A DNA stretch of 64,000 nt from Mytilus edulis (GCF_963676685.1 NC_092349.1:43276001-43340000), one strand, 5' to 3'. Shown: positions 12,333 through 25,564, counted from the stretch's first letter. Numbers and translations: made by a program. Notes: generated by a model from the letters alone, not told the origin.

Positions 12333-14267
12333 CATAAATTAATTTCACTTTGCAATGGATCAAATCTACGAATGGATCCAGGTAATGGGTGCAGTAGGAG
12401 GTCCACCGGAGTTTTGAGAGAGGAATTCTTGGCATGTAACAGATGGAAAATTTAGGGTCAGAATTCATAAAACAGACATGGGGCAGTGGCAAATATGGCA
12501 TGCATATTTGAACACACAGAGGGTACCCCTGGCACCGACTGTTTTCCCCCAAAAAACATAAATCTATTTCTCTTCTATGTGACTTCAGACTTTATGTTTT
12601 CAATTTTAGTTTCACTTTCTATATTCTGTATTTATTCTTATGTAAGCCCTAGGTGAAAAATAACTTGATGCAGGAATATATTAATAATAAACATCTTGGA
12701 GTTGGGCTATTTCTTTCTGTCCGGGTGGGGATCAACTTCAAGCAGACAACATGCATGCGTATAACGACACTGAAGATTTTCTTTTTTTTTTAAAATAAAG
12801 ACAGTTGTTGTCAGTCATGACGTCCTTGAATAGATCAGTTAGAAAGCAAGGTTTGTAGTTTAAGTACACAGGAAAACCTCATTTCTAGTGTTGAAAATAG
12901 AGGGAGCAAAAGTTCCACATCCAGGGAATATTTTTATATAAAGAACTTTTTATTTGAAAGGTTTATCTTTTTTCAGTTTAATTTAAAAATAAAAAAAATC
13001 GACAAATTGTGATTGGTCTTTCTTCCTTTCTTTTGTTATCTAGTGAATTATCATGTTAAAAATCCAGTGGCAAATACTTCATGCCTTTATATAACGGAGA
13101 GCAATTAGCTAAACTTTTTGCCACAAAAATAGATACATAATCATAATTCATAGTTATTTTATTCACAGTGAGCAGCCATCTTTGTTGGTCGGTTGTAGCA
13201 CAATCTCATCAAATGGTAAAAAAGACCACACAATAGGTTCAAGGACACAGTTATCGTCCTTTGGTTTTCGTTAGTTAGTCCCTACTGTGAACAGTGTATA
13301 ACTTGCATTTGTATTTGATACACTTTCACAATTTATTTCTTGATATCTAATGCATGAAATATTAAGTAGGGGGCTGTTATTACATGTTATAAAAATTTGG
13401 GTGCTGAATCTTTATGATCCTTTATGTTAAGTAGTGATTTGGTCAGTTTAAAAAAGGTCAATTTTTATTACGTCGGAAGCTGTCAGTTAGAGCTGGTAGA
13501 AGTTTCTATTAATTTGATACACTACACTGTAAAAAATCTTTTTGAGAAAGAGTAGGTGCGATTTTTTAAATTTGAATTTATTGTCTAAAAGAAATGCTCT
13601 ACGAAATAACTGTGTTCTCGGGCCAATAGGGACCAAATTAACATCTTCTACTTGTATACCGTAAATCAGCATTTCGATGTGCCTGTAATTCAGTTGTTGC
13701 ATGTCGTTTGTTGCTATATATATTATTGTTTTACGTTCTTAGTTTTGTTCATGAATATATATAAGGCCTTTAGATTTCTAGTTTGAATTGTTTTACTCTC
13801 TTGATTTGTCATATCTATAGGTCTTTTATAGCTTATGCTTCGATGTGAGTTTTGCTCGTTTGAAGGCCATACGGTGACCTATATTATATCTGTTAACTAC
13901 TACATCTTTTGGTTCCCGATAGGGAATTGTCTCTTTGACAATCATGCCACATCTTCTTGTCTTTATATTTACTATTAGCAAAGCCCATACCGTATAGTCA
14001 GCTATAAAAGGCCCCGATAAGACAATGTAGACAATTCAAACGAGAAAACTAACGGCCTTATTTATATATATATATATATATAAAAAAAATGAACGAAAAA
14101 CAAATATGGAACACATAAACAAACGACAACCACTGAATTACAGGCTCCTGACTGGGGACAGGCACATACATAAATAATGTGGCGGGGTTAAACATGTTAG
14201 CGGGATCGCAACCCTCCCCCTAACCTGGGACAGTGGTATAACAGTACAACATCAGAACTAACTATTT

Positions 14268-14412
14268 CAGAGGTGTTTTCAGGGGCCCAGGCCCCCTCCC
14301 CCTTTTGTTGAAAAAATTTGGTTGATTATATAAAGGGAATCACTGAAGCATGATTGGAGCGGGCCCCCTCTTAGGCAGTCAGTGCCCCTCCCCCTTTATG
14401 AAAATTTCTAGA
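14268..14412 (-). mobile_element. MITE copy, same family as 56837-56987
   Basis: ggaatcactgaagcatga...ttaggcagtcag...ttatgaaaatttct is the reverse complement of the core of 56837-56987. Confidence 0.6.
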
Positions 14413-16385
14413 ATTAACAATTTGTTATTTCAATTTTAAAAAACCATTGAAAAGGTTCTCGGACTGTGCCATTACACGTGCACAAGTGAATATTTAAAAT
14501 TGTCACACTGTATCTTCTTATGCCGTGTGAACTGCAATCGATTACAGTTTTGTTTTTATTACGATCTACACCATCCGTAGAAATGATCTGAAATGTTAAC
14601 TTGGCATGCCATACTTGATCAAATGCGGACGTGAAAGAAAGCACCCTTCACATACGCGTCAATGGAGATTGTTATTCCAAATTATTTCGTCATTTTTAAA
14701 ACAAAAGCGTATCTTTCGCATGTGTAGAAGGTATGACTTAACTAACAAAAACTATTTTAACAGACATTTGAAGGAATCATTATGTAAAAACAAAGACTTC
14801 AACTGAATTATCATTGCAATCACGGACACTGTCGTTGTTGTCAGACACCAAATTCCGGCATTAAAATCATGGTCATGAATGATGCATTTTGATTGAGGAC
14901 GGAAGACAATCTCTGACATTGCTTCTGAGTTAGAACAGTCACATGTTGCATGATAAGACTATTTCAACGACGATTGAATTTTTTTAATATAATTAAGAAA
15001 CAAACTGATTTCAAGTTATTCATTGAATGTTGGTTTTTCGACCACCTGTATGACCTCATCATTTCAGATACAAAGATTTATGAGCAATAACATGAAAAAC
15101 TCTGGCCCTAGTCATAATTTAAAGTGGAATGCAAATGGCTTTTGCTGATTATTACAAAATGCACCCGAAACCATTTTCATGGTAAATAAATGCATATTAC
15201 TTTTGAATTTGAGATTACTTAATCAGTCCATTCACTGAAATTATTTTTTCATTCAAGCATATTTCATTTTGAACTGGAAACATATCTAAAATATTTTTAT
15301 GTTTCCATAAGAAAAAACATGAACATGTTATAAGATATTTATTCAATAATTATTGGTACCCAAAACCTGTTTAAAAGAAGAATGTTATAATTTAATGCAT
15401 CAAAGGAAATTTTGTAGGCCCTGATTTACAATGCATTGTGGGAAACACTTGCTAACTACCCAAATTTAATCATATGATTAAAAATTAATCGGATGATTAG
15501 TAAATACAATGATTAAAATAAGTTGAACAACGCAATTTAATCATTGCATTTACTAATCATCCGATTAACTTTTAACGACTGATTAAAATTAATCATATGA
15601 TTAGTTTAATCACAAGTTGAACAACAGACCCCAGTGCTTCTGTTAAAATAAAGTTCTGGTCATGGTTAAAATAATATGTCAGAATTTGTTTAGTTTTAAA
15701 AACAATTCCCAAGTAATGTTCCATTTAGAACTTCACCTCCGGCAAAATTCCGATGATCGGAGGGCAATAAATTGCGTAATCGCACACCTGTGAATCAACA
15801 GTCACAACTCTAAGGAACTAATTACCGGAAAAATAGGACACACATAATTTCACTGTGTAAATTAAGGAGCAAACTAAAGCAAAGAAATGCGGTACAGAAA
15901 AGTTTCTGGTAATACCATTGATCATTACCAGATTTATTAAATTATATGAAATGCAGAAAAAAATATTTTTCTCAATAAATGCATAAAAATAAATATAACG
16001 ATTTCAAGTAGTTTTTTTTTTAAAATTATATGATCTGAAATAATTTCCACATTGCTTTTCTTGATTTTCTATCGAGGTTATTCATCCCTGACTTGATTAC
16101 ATGTTCTATTATTTATCGACGAGAATCTCATCCCGGGCCGCGATCTTTTACGGGATTTCACGGAGTTGCCAATCTCTGTGTATATATGTCTCTGCTTTCA
16201 TCTATTATTCATTACAATACAAATGAAGATCAATTTTTTGAAACAATACAAACATAGGTTCGTGTAGCAATTTTGGTCCATCATAATGACCTTGTTTACA
16301 CTAGATTCGCACAATACTTTTTTAACCTAGTTTACATCGTCTTTCAAAGCATATGTATCATAAACATTGTCTACCTACTAACATA

Positions 16386-16586
16386 GAGGGGTGGTAGGAG
16401 GGGTCCTGATCCCGAAATCCCGGGCTTAAAAATACGAAATCCCGAGGTCCCGAATGTAAATAAACCTAAATCCCGACATCACGAAATTCGAAAAAAAGAA
16501 TTCCCGGATCCCAAAACGGTTAATCCCGAAATCCCGAGCTTAAAAACACCCGATCCCGGAGTCCCGATTAAGGTCCTATTCCCCTC
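16386..16586. mobile_element. 201-bp non-autonomous element with short inverted ends and 6-bp TSD
   Basis: GAGGGG...CCCCTC flanked by direct aacata (16380-16385 and 16587-16592). The interior is built from repeated (a/g)tcccg units. Confidence 0.75.
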
Positions 16587-18056
16587 AACATAGTCTACAT
16601 TTGAAACTTATCAGACAATGACACTCAGTTTCACACACAGCTAGTTAAATTAAGTATGATAAAGCAAAGATAATAAACAAACAGGGTCTGTGAAATGTTT
16701 AATTAGAATATTTCTATAAGATTAATCACTTAAAGAAATACGTGACCTCACGGTTATCGCCGCCATCTTGGATAGGGGGCAAGTTGCGTAGTAACTGCGA
16801 TTGATTACTTCCGGAAATTTCGTAGCAGGAATTTTGACAACATGAAATACAAATCAACAGGAGAAAGATTTGCCGTTGATTCTGACACTGGAAAATCCTA
16901 TATGAGTTGTAAATGGTAATAATTATATTATAACTTCTGCCCTTAATTTACATTCATTAATTAATAAATCATAAAAACAAGGGGGCGTGGCACATACTTT
17001 TTTTTCATAACAGGGTGAAGAAAAACACATTTTATGAAAAATCCATCATCTTTTTATGCATAAAGTTAAAAAAAAAAACAAAAAAAAACACCCTTATGTT
17101 TAAAATACAATCACTTATACCTGAGTCCCTTGTGTTAGAGTGTTTTCATGGTGTTGAATGCAATTAATACTGGAAGAATTGAGGTAAGTCTTAGAAGAAA
17201 AAAAATATCTATATCATTTTAGAACAAATTAAGTGAGATTTCTTTAGGATAAGAGAAATCCAGTCCAAACTTGTTCTTTTCTTTTTCTTGGGGTGGTATT
17301 TTCATGGTCCTTATAAAAAAAAATCAAAAGAAATGCTAAAATACCAGGATAAACTTTCCTATTATATAAATTAAAGTGAAGCTCTTATGAAATCTGTATT
17401 AAAAAAAAACCCAAGTGTAGTCCATATAAAAAAAAAATTTAAAGAAATGTTCAAATATCATGGAGCAAAAAAGTGCAAAATATATATAAATATAATAAAG
17501 CCTTTATAAATACTTCAATTCATTCAATATAAAAAAAAAAACAAAAAAACAGTGATATGATGTAACATTTCAAAATTATGTCATGGATGTTTATTTTTTT
17601 ATTGATGAAAATAAGAACATTAGATATGATTGACAATGAGATAACTATCCACCAGATACCAAATGACCAGAATATATTTTGTAAGCAACTGAATATGTTA
17701 CCATATATATCAATCAGCAAGCTGTTATATTCATGTACACTAGGAGTTAACAAGTTTGTGTTAATAAAGATGTATTCACTTACTTTATGAGTAGCAATTA
17801 AAATTTAGTATGTTACACTGGTCTTTAAGTTTCTTAGTCGGCTTAGAAGATTTCAAGGTGATCCCTAAATATTTTATTATGACCGCCAAAAAGTAACTGC
17901 TGATAAAAAAAAGATGTGCTAACAAGTCAATTCTTTTAGGTTGTCAATGAGCCTCCAGGAGGATATTGAAATTGAATAATTGAAAAGAAAAAAATTAAAT
18001 TCTAACTTTAAGAATTTGTATTCATAATTGTAATTTATTTTACAGGTAAATTTAAA

Positions 18057-20507
18057 ATGGATAGTACAGATAATGCCTTTGAGGAGTTTTCTTCTAACAC
18101 TATAGGCAAATTAAAAGATTTCTTGTCTGCAAGAGGACTCTCATGTATGGGAAACAAGCAACAGCTAGTATCAAGATGTTTTGTTGCATGGGAGTCCAAC
18201 ATTCCATTAAGGTATTCAGAACAGGAGCAACAAAGCAAACTGAAGACAGAATATGCTAACAGATTAAAAGAGGCAAATATAGATGACCCCAGGTCTTTAA
18301 AAGATGATGACTGGTCTTCAGATGTGAAGGAGTGGCCCAAAATAGATCTTGGCAAGATATTTTCTTTTATTTTATCTAAGAAAGAACAAGATATGGACTT
18401 TATTGGACATTATAAAACCCAAAAGGCCTACTCATATTACCAGTCTGGTTTTGTTGATACTGTGTTCTGTGCAACATTAAATGGATCTCAAATAATAAAG
18501 TCCCATGTGACTCCATCACAATCCATCAGGAATAAACCACATGATGTTTGGTTGGCTGTAAACAATGAAAATGAAATCGAAGTATCTTGGTGCAGCTGTA
18601 TTGCTGGGCTTGCCCAAACTTGCAACCATGTCATTGCAGTGCTTTACAAGATTGAGTTTGCCACCAACATGGGTTACAATGACCCTTCCTGCACATCTGT
18701 TCCTTGTGGGTGGAATACCTCAACAAAGAAAAATGTACAACCATGACGTCTATCTGATTTGAATCTACGCCGAGACAACCGTAGTAAAATATCAGGTACT
18801 TGTAATAATAATTTTAATGAACACCTTTGTGAAAACAATTTTTTTAACCTGGTCAATGTTTTTGCTTTTTTTTCTTCAAAATGAAGACTTTTGAAAACAA
18901 TTTACCATCAAGAAAATGCAACTGTTTCCAGACAAATACAACAATATAAAAGTCAACGAAGGATGTCTGTTAAAAGTTTTTGTATTAGTTTTTTTGTACT
19001 GTCTTTATATAATTGTGTAATATTATACATTTAATTTAGAAGATAACAGTATATGGGAGATAACTCTAACTTATTCAGAAAGATTTTATAAAAACTGAAA
19101 ATTCAATAAACAAACAATTTTAATACATTATAACAAGGTATGACCTTAATAATTAAATAAACTAAACATACCATACATTAACAATATACTATGCAAAATT
19201 CTAAACACACACGACTAAACATTAATATTGATACAGCTTTTTTTTATATGTGGTACGTTAAACCTGTCACAATAGTAAAAACCTTTTAACCTGAATTTAT
19301 ATTTTACACCATAATTGCATTGTGATTTTCTATTTATTGAAAACTGTTTTCTTTCAGGATCTACAATGGACAATGCAGAAGTAAACTTACAGTTTAAGCT
19401 TAAGTATGACCCAAGACGAGAAGATCAAAAGTCAGTGTCAGATGGTCAAGTTGAGGGGTTATATTCATCACTTCACAGAGTAAGACCTAAAGCAGTACTT
19501 TTTACTGGTTTTCCAAATACTCAGGCTGAAACTAATTGTCCAAAATCAATGCTTGATGCAGGAGAAATTTTTGCCAAAAACAGTTCAGATACAAGCAGTT
19601 TCATAAACAGCTTAACTTTAACTCCTGATCAGTCTATCTTAATTGAAAAAAAACTCAAGGGCAGAGCAGTAACAATTTTTGGTTGGAGCAGAGAAAAGGC
19701 AGATTAACAGCATCAATCCTTCATGAAGTCTCAAAAAAATGAATGAGATTGTTAAAAACAAAATAACAAAAACCACTCCTTTAGTAGCAAAAGTTTTGGG
19801 TAAAACTTCTAACATTGACCATGTTCCAGCAATTAAATATGGCCGTGCTCATGAAAACACAGCCAGGAAAGTGTTCCTAGCTCTAGAATCACCTAAACAC
19901 CGTAACTTTAAGGTTGAACACTGTGGATTATTTGTAAAAGCAGACCGTCCTTACATTGCAGCCAGTCCAGATGGAATTGTATCATGTCTTTGCTGTACAA
20001 AACAGGTGCTTGAGATAAAATGTCCATTTTCCTTGGCAAATAAATCTGTTGTTGATGGTTGGAAAAATTTAAGATTACTTGCAAATGAATGAGAGCACTC
20101 AAAGATTACAACTTAACCAGTCTCACGGATACTACACCCAAATGCAAGCTCAAATGGCAGTGACTGGTTTGAAAATGGGACATTTTTTTGTATGGTCTCC
20201 TAAGGCATCATTCCAAACCAAAGTTCAGTTTGATCCTAAATACTGGGTAAATTTACAAGAACAACTTACAATATTTTTTAAAGCTTATGTCGTGCCATAC
20301 TTGTTATGTAACAAGCAACTTTGTGTATGTCCAAAGTGTGACAAGGTCTACTGTGAAATTGAAGAAATATCTAATCAGTTGGAGAGTAGTGTTTTATGTG
20401 AATGTTGTGATTTGTGGTACCACTGGAAGTGTGTTGGCATTAAGAGTAATCCAACTACTGAGACATGGGTTTGTTCCAGCTGTCTTTTGAATGCTCTTGA
20501 CTTGTAA
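18057..20507 (+). pseudogene. Transposon accessory gene: SAP + SWIM zinc finger + YqaJ-like PD-(D/E)xK exonuclease + PHD finger
   Basis: SAP-like KLKDFLSARGLSCMGNKQQLVSRC; SWIM CSCIAGLAQTCNH; in-frame TGA at 18744-18746; phase-1 intron 18796-19357; YqaJ motifs TQGQS..W..QRKGRLTAS, YGRAHE, GLFV..PYIAASPDG, LEIKCP, YYTQMQAQM; PHD CPKC..CECCDLWYHWKCVG..WVCSSC. Frameshifts near 19650, 19735 and 20070. Confidence 0.85.
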
Positions 20508-21742
20508 ATTTCATGTTACATCGTTTCATATTCATACATTTAGATTTGTTTTATAAGCATGAGGCAGCATACACTTTGTAGTTAACTAAATAATTTTACA
20601 TTAATGTTCAAGCTACTTAATAAGTATTTCTGTTAGTTATTTCTAAAATTCTTCCAACTTTAAATTGGTATATGATGCTTGCAATATGTATATGAATACA
20701 GAACTTCCACCAAAAAAATGTATGTTGCCTTGACAGTAGCATTAGATTATAAAATCTGTTATTATAACAGTATTAAAGTCTGATATTTTAGAAATTAAGT
20801 TTTTTTTAATATTGCGAATTAATAACATTAACAAACCCGTCTCACTTGGTAAAATGTACAAATATATGTAAAAATAAAGTCTCTGATTCTCAAAATATGT
20901 ATGAAAACAGTTTTTCATAGTTCTTTCCTGAATCATCCATATAGAAATTGCAATAAATTAAAAACCAATTATTTCTAAATATTATGGTATACAACAGTAT
21001 TATATATATTAGTAAGTCTATTCTAGCACTACAGTATTATATATATTAGTAAGTCTATTTTCACCATAAATGCATGCACTTTTAATTAACTTCCTATATT
21101 ACTATTTTTCGATATTATCATTTTTAAATCAAATTTTCTGTCAATATGGTTGTTCATCTTTATTTAATGATTTTCATTTTAAGATTAAATATGAACTACA
21201 GATATATCTTTATAAAGTACTTGTTTTTTAACATGATTTTTTTTTCTCTGAATACACTATTTTTCAATTAAAAAAAGAAAGTCCAATAATTTCAAGGAAG
21301 TGACAACAGATAAGCATGCATACATAGTATATTATTGTTAAAAGTAAGCTTTATAATATAATCTACCTATTGGACTAAATGAACAACAAAATACTGTAGT
21401 CGAGAATTGGAAGCAATCTGTTATATGTTAACAAAATTTTCAATTTATTTGCATTATTGGAAACTTGAAAAAAAGATAAAAGTTATAACTGCTACTTTGT
21501 TCTTTGTTGTTCATTCAGGGAAAGCATGGTGCTAAATTATTTCACAATCAATATCTCATGTTTCAATTTATTATACATGCAAATCTCACTGTTGAAGCCT
21601 TCAAGGAAATAGTTTAATAATATTTTTAACAGTATTTTTCAATCAAACTTTCAGCATTTATCATATCATGTATTTTTTCTCTTCAAAAAATTATTAATAC
21701 TAATGCATACAAAATGTGAGATATTTGATTTGATGAAATAAT

Positions 21743-23102
21743 TTAACCTAAGGGGTCAAGCATATTGCAAGCAGCACAACAAACAACAACAATATCATCA
21801 AACACAGGCAAACATGAAATAGGGATTTCGTTTTTAAAAAAACGAAATGTTTTGAGACGTCCAATTGCTTGCTCAACATAAATCCTAACAATTGCTATTT
21901 TGGAAGTTTCCAATACATCTCCTGAAGACATAGACAGTTTACCACAAGTGCTTGGCGGGATACCAAGTCTTGCTTAAACAACCATTAAGTCTTCTTTTAT
22001 CTTAAAACCCCTGTCAGCCATAACTTGGTCATTTGGTTCCAAGTTAAAAATAAAGGCACAGTTGTTGAAGATAAATTTGTCAGACGCTCTGCCACCGTAG
22101 CATGGAGAAACATAGGAAAACATTCCATTTGGAGTAATGGCAACAAAGAATTTAATTGTGCAGTGGTGTTTATAGTCAGACCAACACTGAGCCTGTGTGT
22201 CAAGGCTTGAAGGAGTTTCAATAAATATCTCAGTACAATCAATGATGCATCTGACATTAGGGTAAAAAGTTTTAAAGCATGATGGAAGATTTTCTTTAAT
22301 AACATTTTTTGAAGGCCAAACTATAAGATGGCATAACTCCAACCTCATCAGTTTAATCCATGTTATAAATATGGAGCTGACAAGTGCCTCTGAAATTTGT
22401 AAACGAAATGCCAAATCATGTACCAACAATCCTAACCTCAAACGCATCATCACCAACAATAACTCAATCTCTAATTTCAGTTTTCTACCAGGACCTGGTT
22501 TTACAAATAAATCTGGATCATCATCCATAGAATACCTCATTGGTGCCTCTTGTAAAGTTTGTTTTGATCCCTTCCAGTAGTGCATAACCGAGGCTTTCAT
22601 ACTTAAATGATCAAATATAGTTTTAAAAACAGTGGTATTGAGTAGACCAGTATAAAACTGCACATCCGCATCTCTGGATAACTGTACGGATGCAATAGAC
22701 AGTGTAAATGATTGATTTAAAATATTAGTACTCAATTCTGAGGAAGATTCTTTTTGTTTCTTTTTTTCGTTTTTGGTTCAGGTGTTCTTAAAGTCAGTGA
22801 GCGTTTAACAGGAGGTTTTTGGGTTTTATTGTCACTGTTTGTAAGAAAAAGTGTTGGATATGAACATCTGAATGTGCGTTCACCATCCTCAAGATGATTG
22901 GAACAAACTTTAGCATTTTTATTTTCAGTATAATCTTTTCTTCCCTGATGAATCTTGGAATGCCAGATTTGACGTATAGTTTTTCGTCTTTCGGTAAGCC
23001 ATGAAATTGAAAATTTGTAACATGTGATTTTATGACAATTTTGTCAGGATAGCGTCTGTCATTATTGCATATTTCAATGCTACACCTGTCACTTTTACCC
23101 AT
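21743..23102 (-). pseudogene. THAP + HTH + DDE (Harbinger/ISL2-type) transposase, disrupted
   Basis: THAP CSIEIC..FH.LPKD..W..VCSNH..YPTLF across a frameshift; HTH ELLLVMMRLRLGL..DLAFRLQIS; catalytic IDCTE, GRASD, MADRGF, RIYVEQAIGRLKTF. In-frame TAA at 21974-21976; frameshifts in A-runs near 22980 and 22765. Confidence 0.9.
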
Positions 23103-24277
23103 CGTTAGTAAAATACATATAAATGTTAAGGAATACTATATAGTAAAATATTATTTCCATCGATCATCGCGGTGGGAAGTCGTCAAGAACACAGTATTAT
23201 TTTATGTAGGGGGTTCACTCGATACACGCAAATTTGTATTAGTTTTAACTTCAAGGTTAATCGAGCAAATTTATTAAATAATTGATTTTTTCTTTTTTTT
23301 ACTTAACACCGAGCTCATGAGGTTCTTATATCTGATCTTATTGCTGTGTCCACAATTATTATTCTACGTATTTCACCTGTACCGGTGTGGACAATTCCAT
23401 GTTTATATCACATGACATTTCCGCGGGAAATTCTTCTATTGGGACCGTAATGAATGGAAAAAAATATCTTTTATTATTTTAAATTGTACAATTTTACTAT
23501 TATAAGGTCTATATAAATGTAAGATTCACCAAATTCATTAGGTATTTTACATTAGTATGAAATTGCTACTTATATGTCTTAATATATTACAACGGATTTA
23601 ACCAGTTTTTAGCGCATTTGATCATATTTTACTTAATTTTATCGCTTAACAATAAATGGTTTACTTTTATTCTAGACTTATATAAAGCAATAATAACAGA
23701 TTTTTAACATAAACATGAGATAAGATAGTTTTAAAAACACCCAAGTCCCTGTATATATGCCATGTAAAAAAAAAACTAAAAAAAAACACTTTCTTTCTTT
23801 TATATGCATGTGCTGTACATATTTTTAATGTGTTTACAAATTTTAATAAGACATTAAGGGTGTATACTCCATTCGGAGGTGCTCCTACTTAAAGGAGGCT
23901 TATACACAAAAGAAGAAGGATGTAAATTTGGATTAATGCATCTGTAATGTGAAATATATTGTTCTCTGTGTATATATTTTTGATGAATTGATGATAACAT
24001 TTTCTGCAACATAATTAGATGTCAGGTTTGTACACATTTAGTCTCTATTCTAGTCTATAATCAAAACTGAAGCCAGTTAACTGGTGAAGGGATACATGTG
24101 CTGCATAATCCCATCACATTTCAACCAACAAACAACTATTGAATATTTTATCAGCTGACATATCTATTTTTTATTTCATCTAATGTCAGTCAAACCAACT
24201 GACAAAATCAGCGGAAACCATGTATTCGCGAATTCTATGTCTTTCACCTGCTATGGACGATTCTGTGATTGACCTAC

Positions 24278-24435
24278 ATACACCTTATCGCTAATCCCGG
24301 CTGACCCGGCCGCTTGAACTTTTGACAACAATCACTTTTCCATTGTGGCGTCAGATATTTTGTTTTATGACGTCAACATTTTACAGGAACCTGTGTGATA
24401 TCCAGAAATGGTGGACAAATAGCGATAAGGTGTAT
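24278..24435. mobile_element. 158-bp MITE
   Basis: Perfect 16-bp inverted ends atacaccttatcgcta (24278-24293) and tagcgataaggtgtat (24420-24435). These include an AT or TA target duplication. Confidence 0.8.
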
Positions 24436-25564
24436 TACAGCCATGAAAATGGTATATCCCAATTTACTCATGGCATTTACGTGGGAATTCCGCAAATACC
24501 ATACTGCCATATCGAATTTACCAAATAGGCAATTACAAAACAAATATATACATGTACATGTATAGTCACAGAAGTTTGAAATCCTAGCAATGACGGTGTA
24601 AAGATATGACAAACTCGACTATCACAGTAGAATAAAAAAATAGGGAGGTACACCCCCACCCTTATTTTTATCTAGAATTATCTACATTTATAACATATAA
24701 TTTATTTACTGTAATTTTTTATTTACAATGACAAATTTCTACAAATCCAGTAAGTTCTTTTTGAAGTCCGACACATTTTTGATGAACGAAATTACGTCCT
24801 CCACGGATACGTGTACATACAGAATTTCTTAGTATTTCAGTTACAGTTAGCAAACTTTGCTTTTGATTATCAATTTGCGTCAAGTTATAAAGCTGTATGA
24901 AATGTATGTCTTGATATTGTTTCAGTTTCGTTTAAAACACATCCCAAGTTTTATTTTTTTTCACCATAAACAAAATTGGTCCAAAGTATAACATGTACAT
25001 GTATAATGACAGTAATAAGAGTAGGTGTGCAGTTAAATCCTTTAAAAAAGTGAAACCATTGAACTATATTTTTCGCCTTAGTTTGACAGTCACACTCCTA
25101 ATCTTGAGTAGTATCTTTAAGAACATCAAAGCCATTAATACGTAGTAAAACTGTTCAAGTTGTACACCATTTGTTGAATAATAATATTTTATTATTTATC
25201 AGTATTAAGTTACAAGTATTGTTTAGTACATATGAAAGACTGAAGCAATACAACTATAGAAGATTTAAGTTTAATCAATCTAGCGTACATTGCTGTTTTT
25301 CATGTAACAATAACGTAATGTAACCGTAGCCTCAGTAATTATTGTTACATTTGTAATTAATCGGTTCCTCACCCAACTTTGCATTCCGGCAATTAGTCTC
25401 CAATGTAACAATAATATTTTTATTATTGTTACATTTCCATGTAACCGTAGCCAGTGCCTTGTTTCTATGATAATGACACCCCCTCATTTTTGAAGGCTGT
25501 ATGGTTGCCTATAATTGCTATGTCATCTAATCCTCTTTGTCCGGTCATGCTCATTGCCAATCAT

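Larger units (their letters stand above)
10677..15634. mobile_element. Decayed PIF/Harbinger-like DNA transposon with nested insertions
   Basis: Perfect 23-bp inverted ends ctggggtctgttgttcaacttgt (10677-10699) and acaagttgaacaacagaccccag (15612-15634). Subterminal palindromes taatcatatgatta recur at both ends. GGG..CCC termini with CWG flanks. Weak HARBI1-like peptide remnants near 10882-11275. No intact ORF. Confidence 0.7.
16740..23450. mobile_element. ISL2EU-type (PIF/Harbinger-related) two-gene DNA transposon, decayed; boundaries approximate
   Basis: A YqaJ nuclease gene (+) and a THAP-HTH-DDE transposase gene (-) converge, matching the established ISL2EU gene pair. TIRs were not identified. 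Confidence 0.8.

Noticed and set aside
16386-16586. Semi-regular short repeats resembling a CRISPR array or iterons
   Set aside because: Units are only 5-7 nt with no constant repeat-spacer structure, there are no cas genes, and the context is eukaryotic.
19739-20507. Phage-like YqaJ nuclease as evidence of a prophage or contamination
   Set aside because: The gene has a spliceosomal intron, eukaryotic SAP/PHD modules and a partner THAP transposase, all consistent with a eukaryotic transposon.
22946-22960. CTGATGA on the + strand within the transposase region
   Set aside because: No helix II-GAAA or helix I follows; chance match.
16700-23445. Candidate TIR pair attagaatatttc / gaaattcttctatt for the ISL2EU-type element
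   Set aside because: The match is too weak in AT-rich DNA to define termini.
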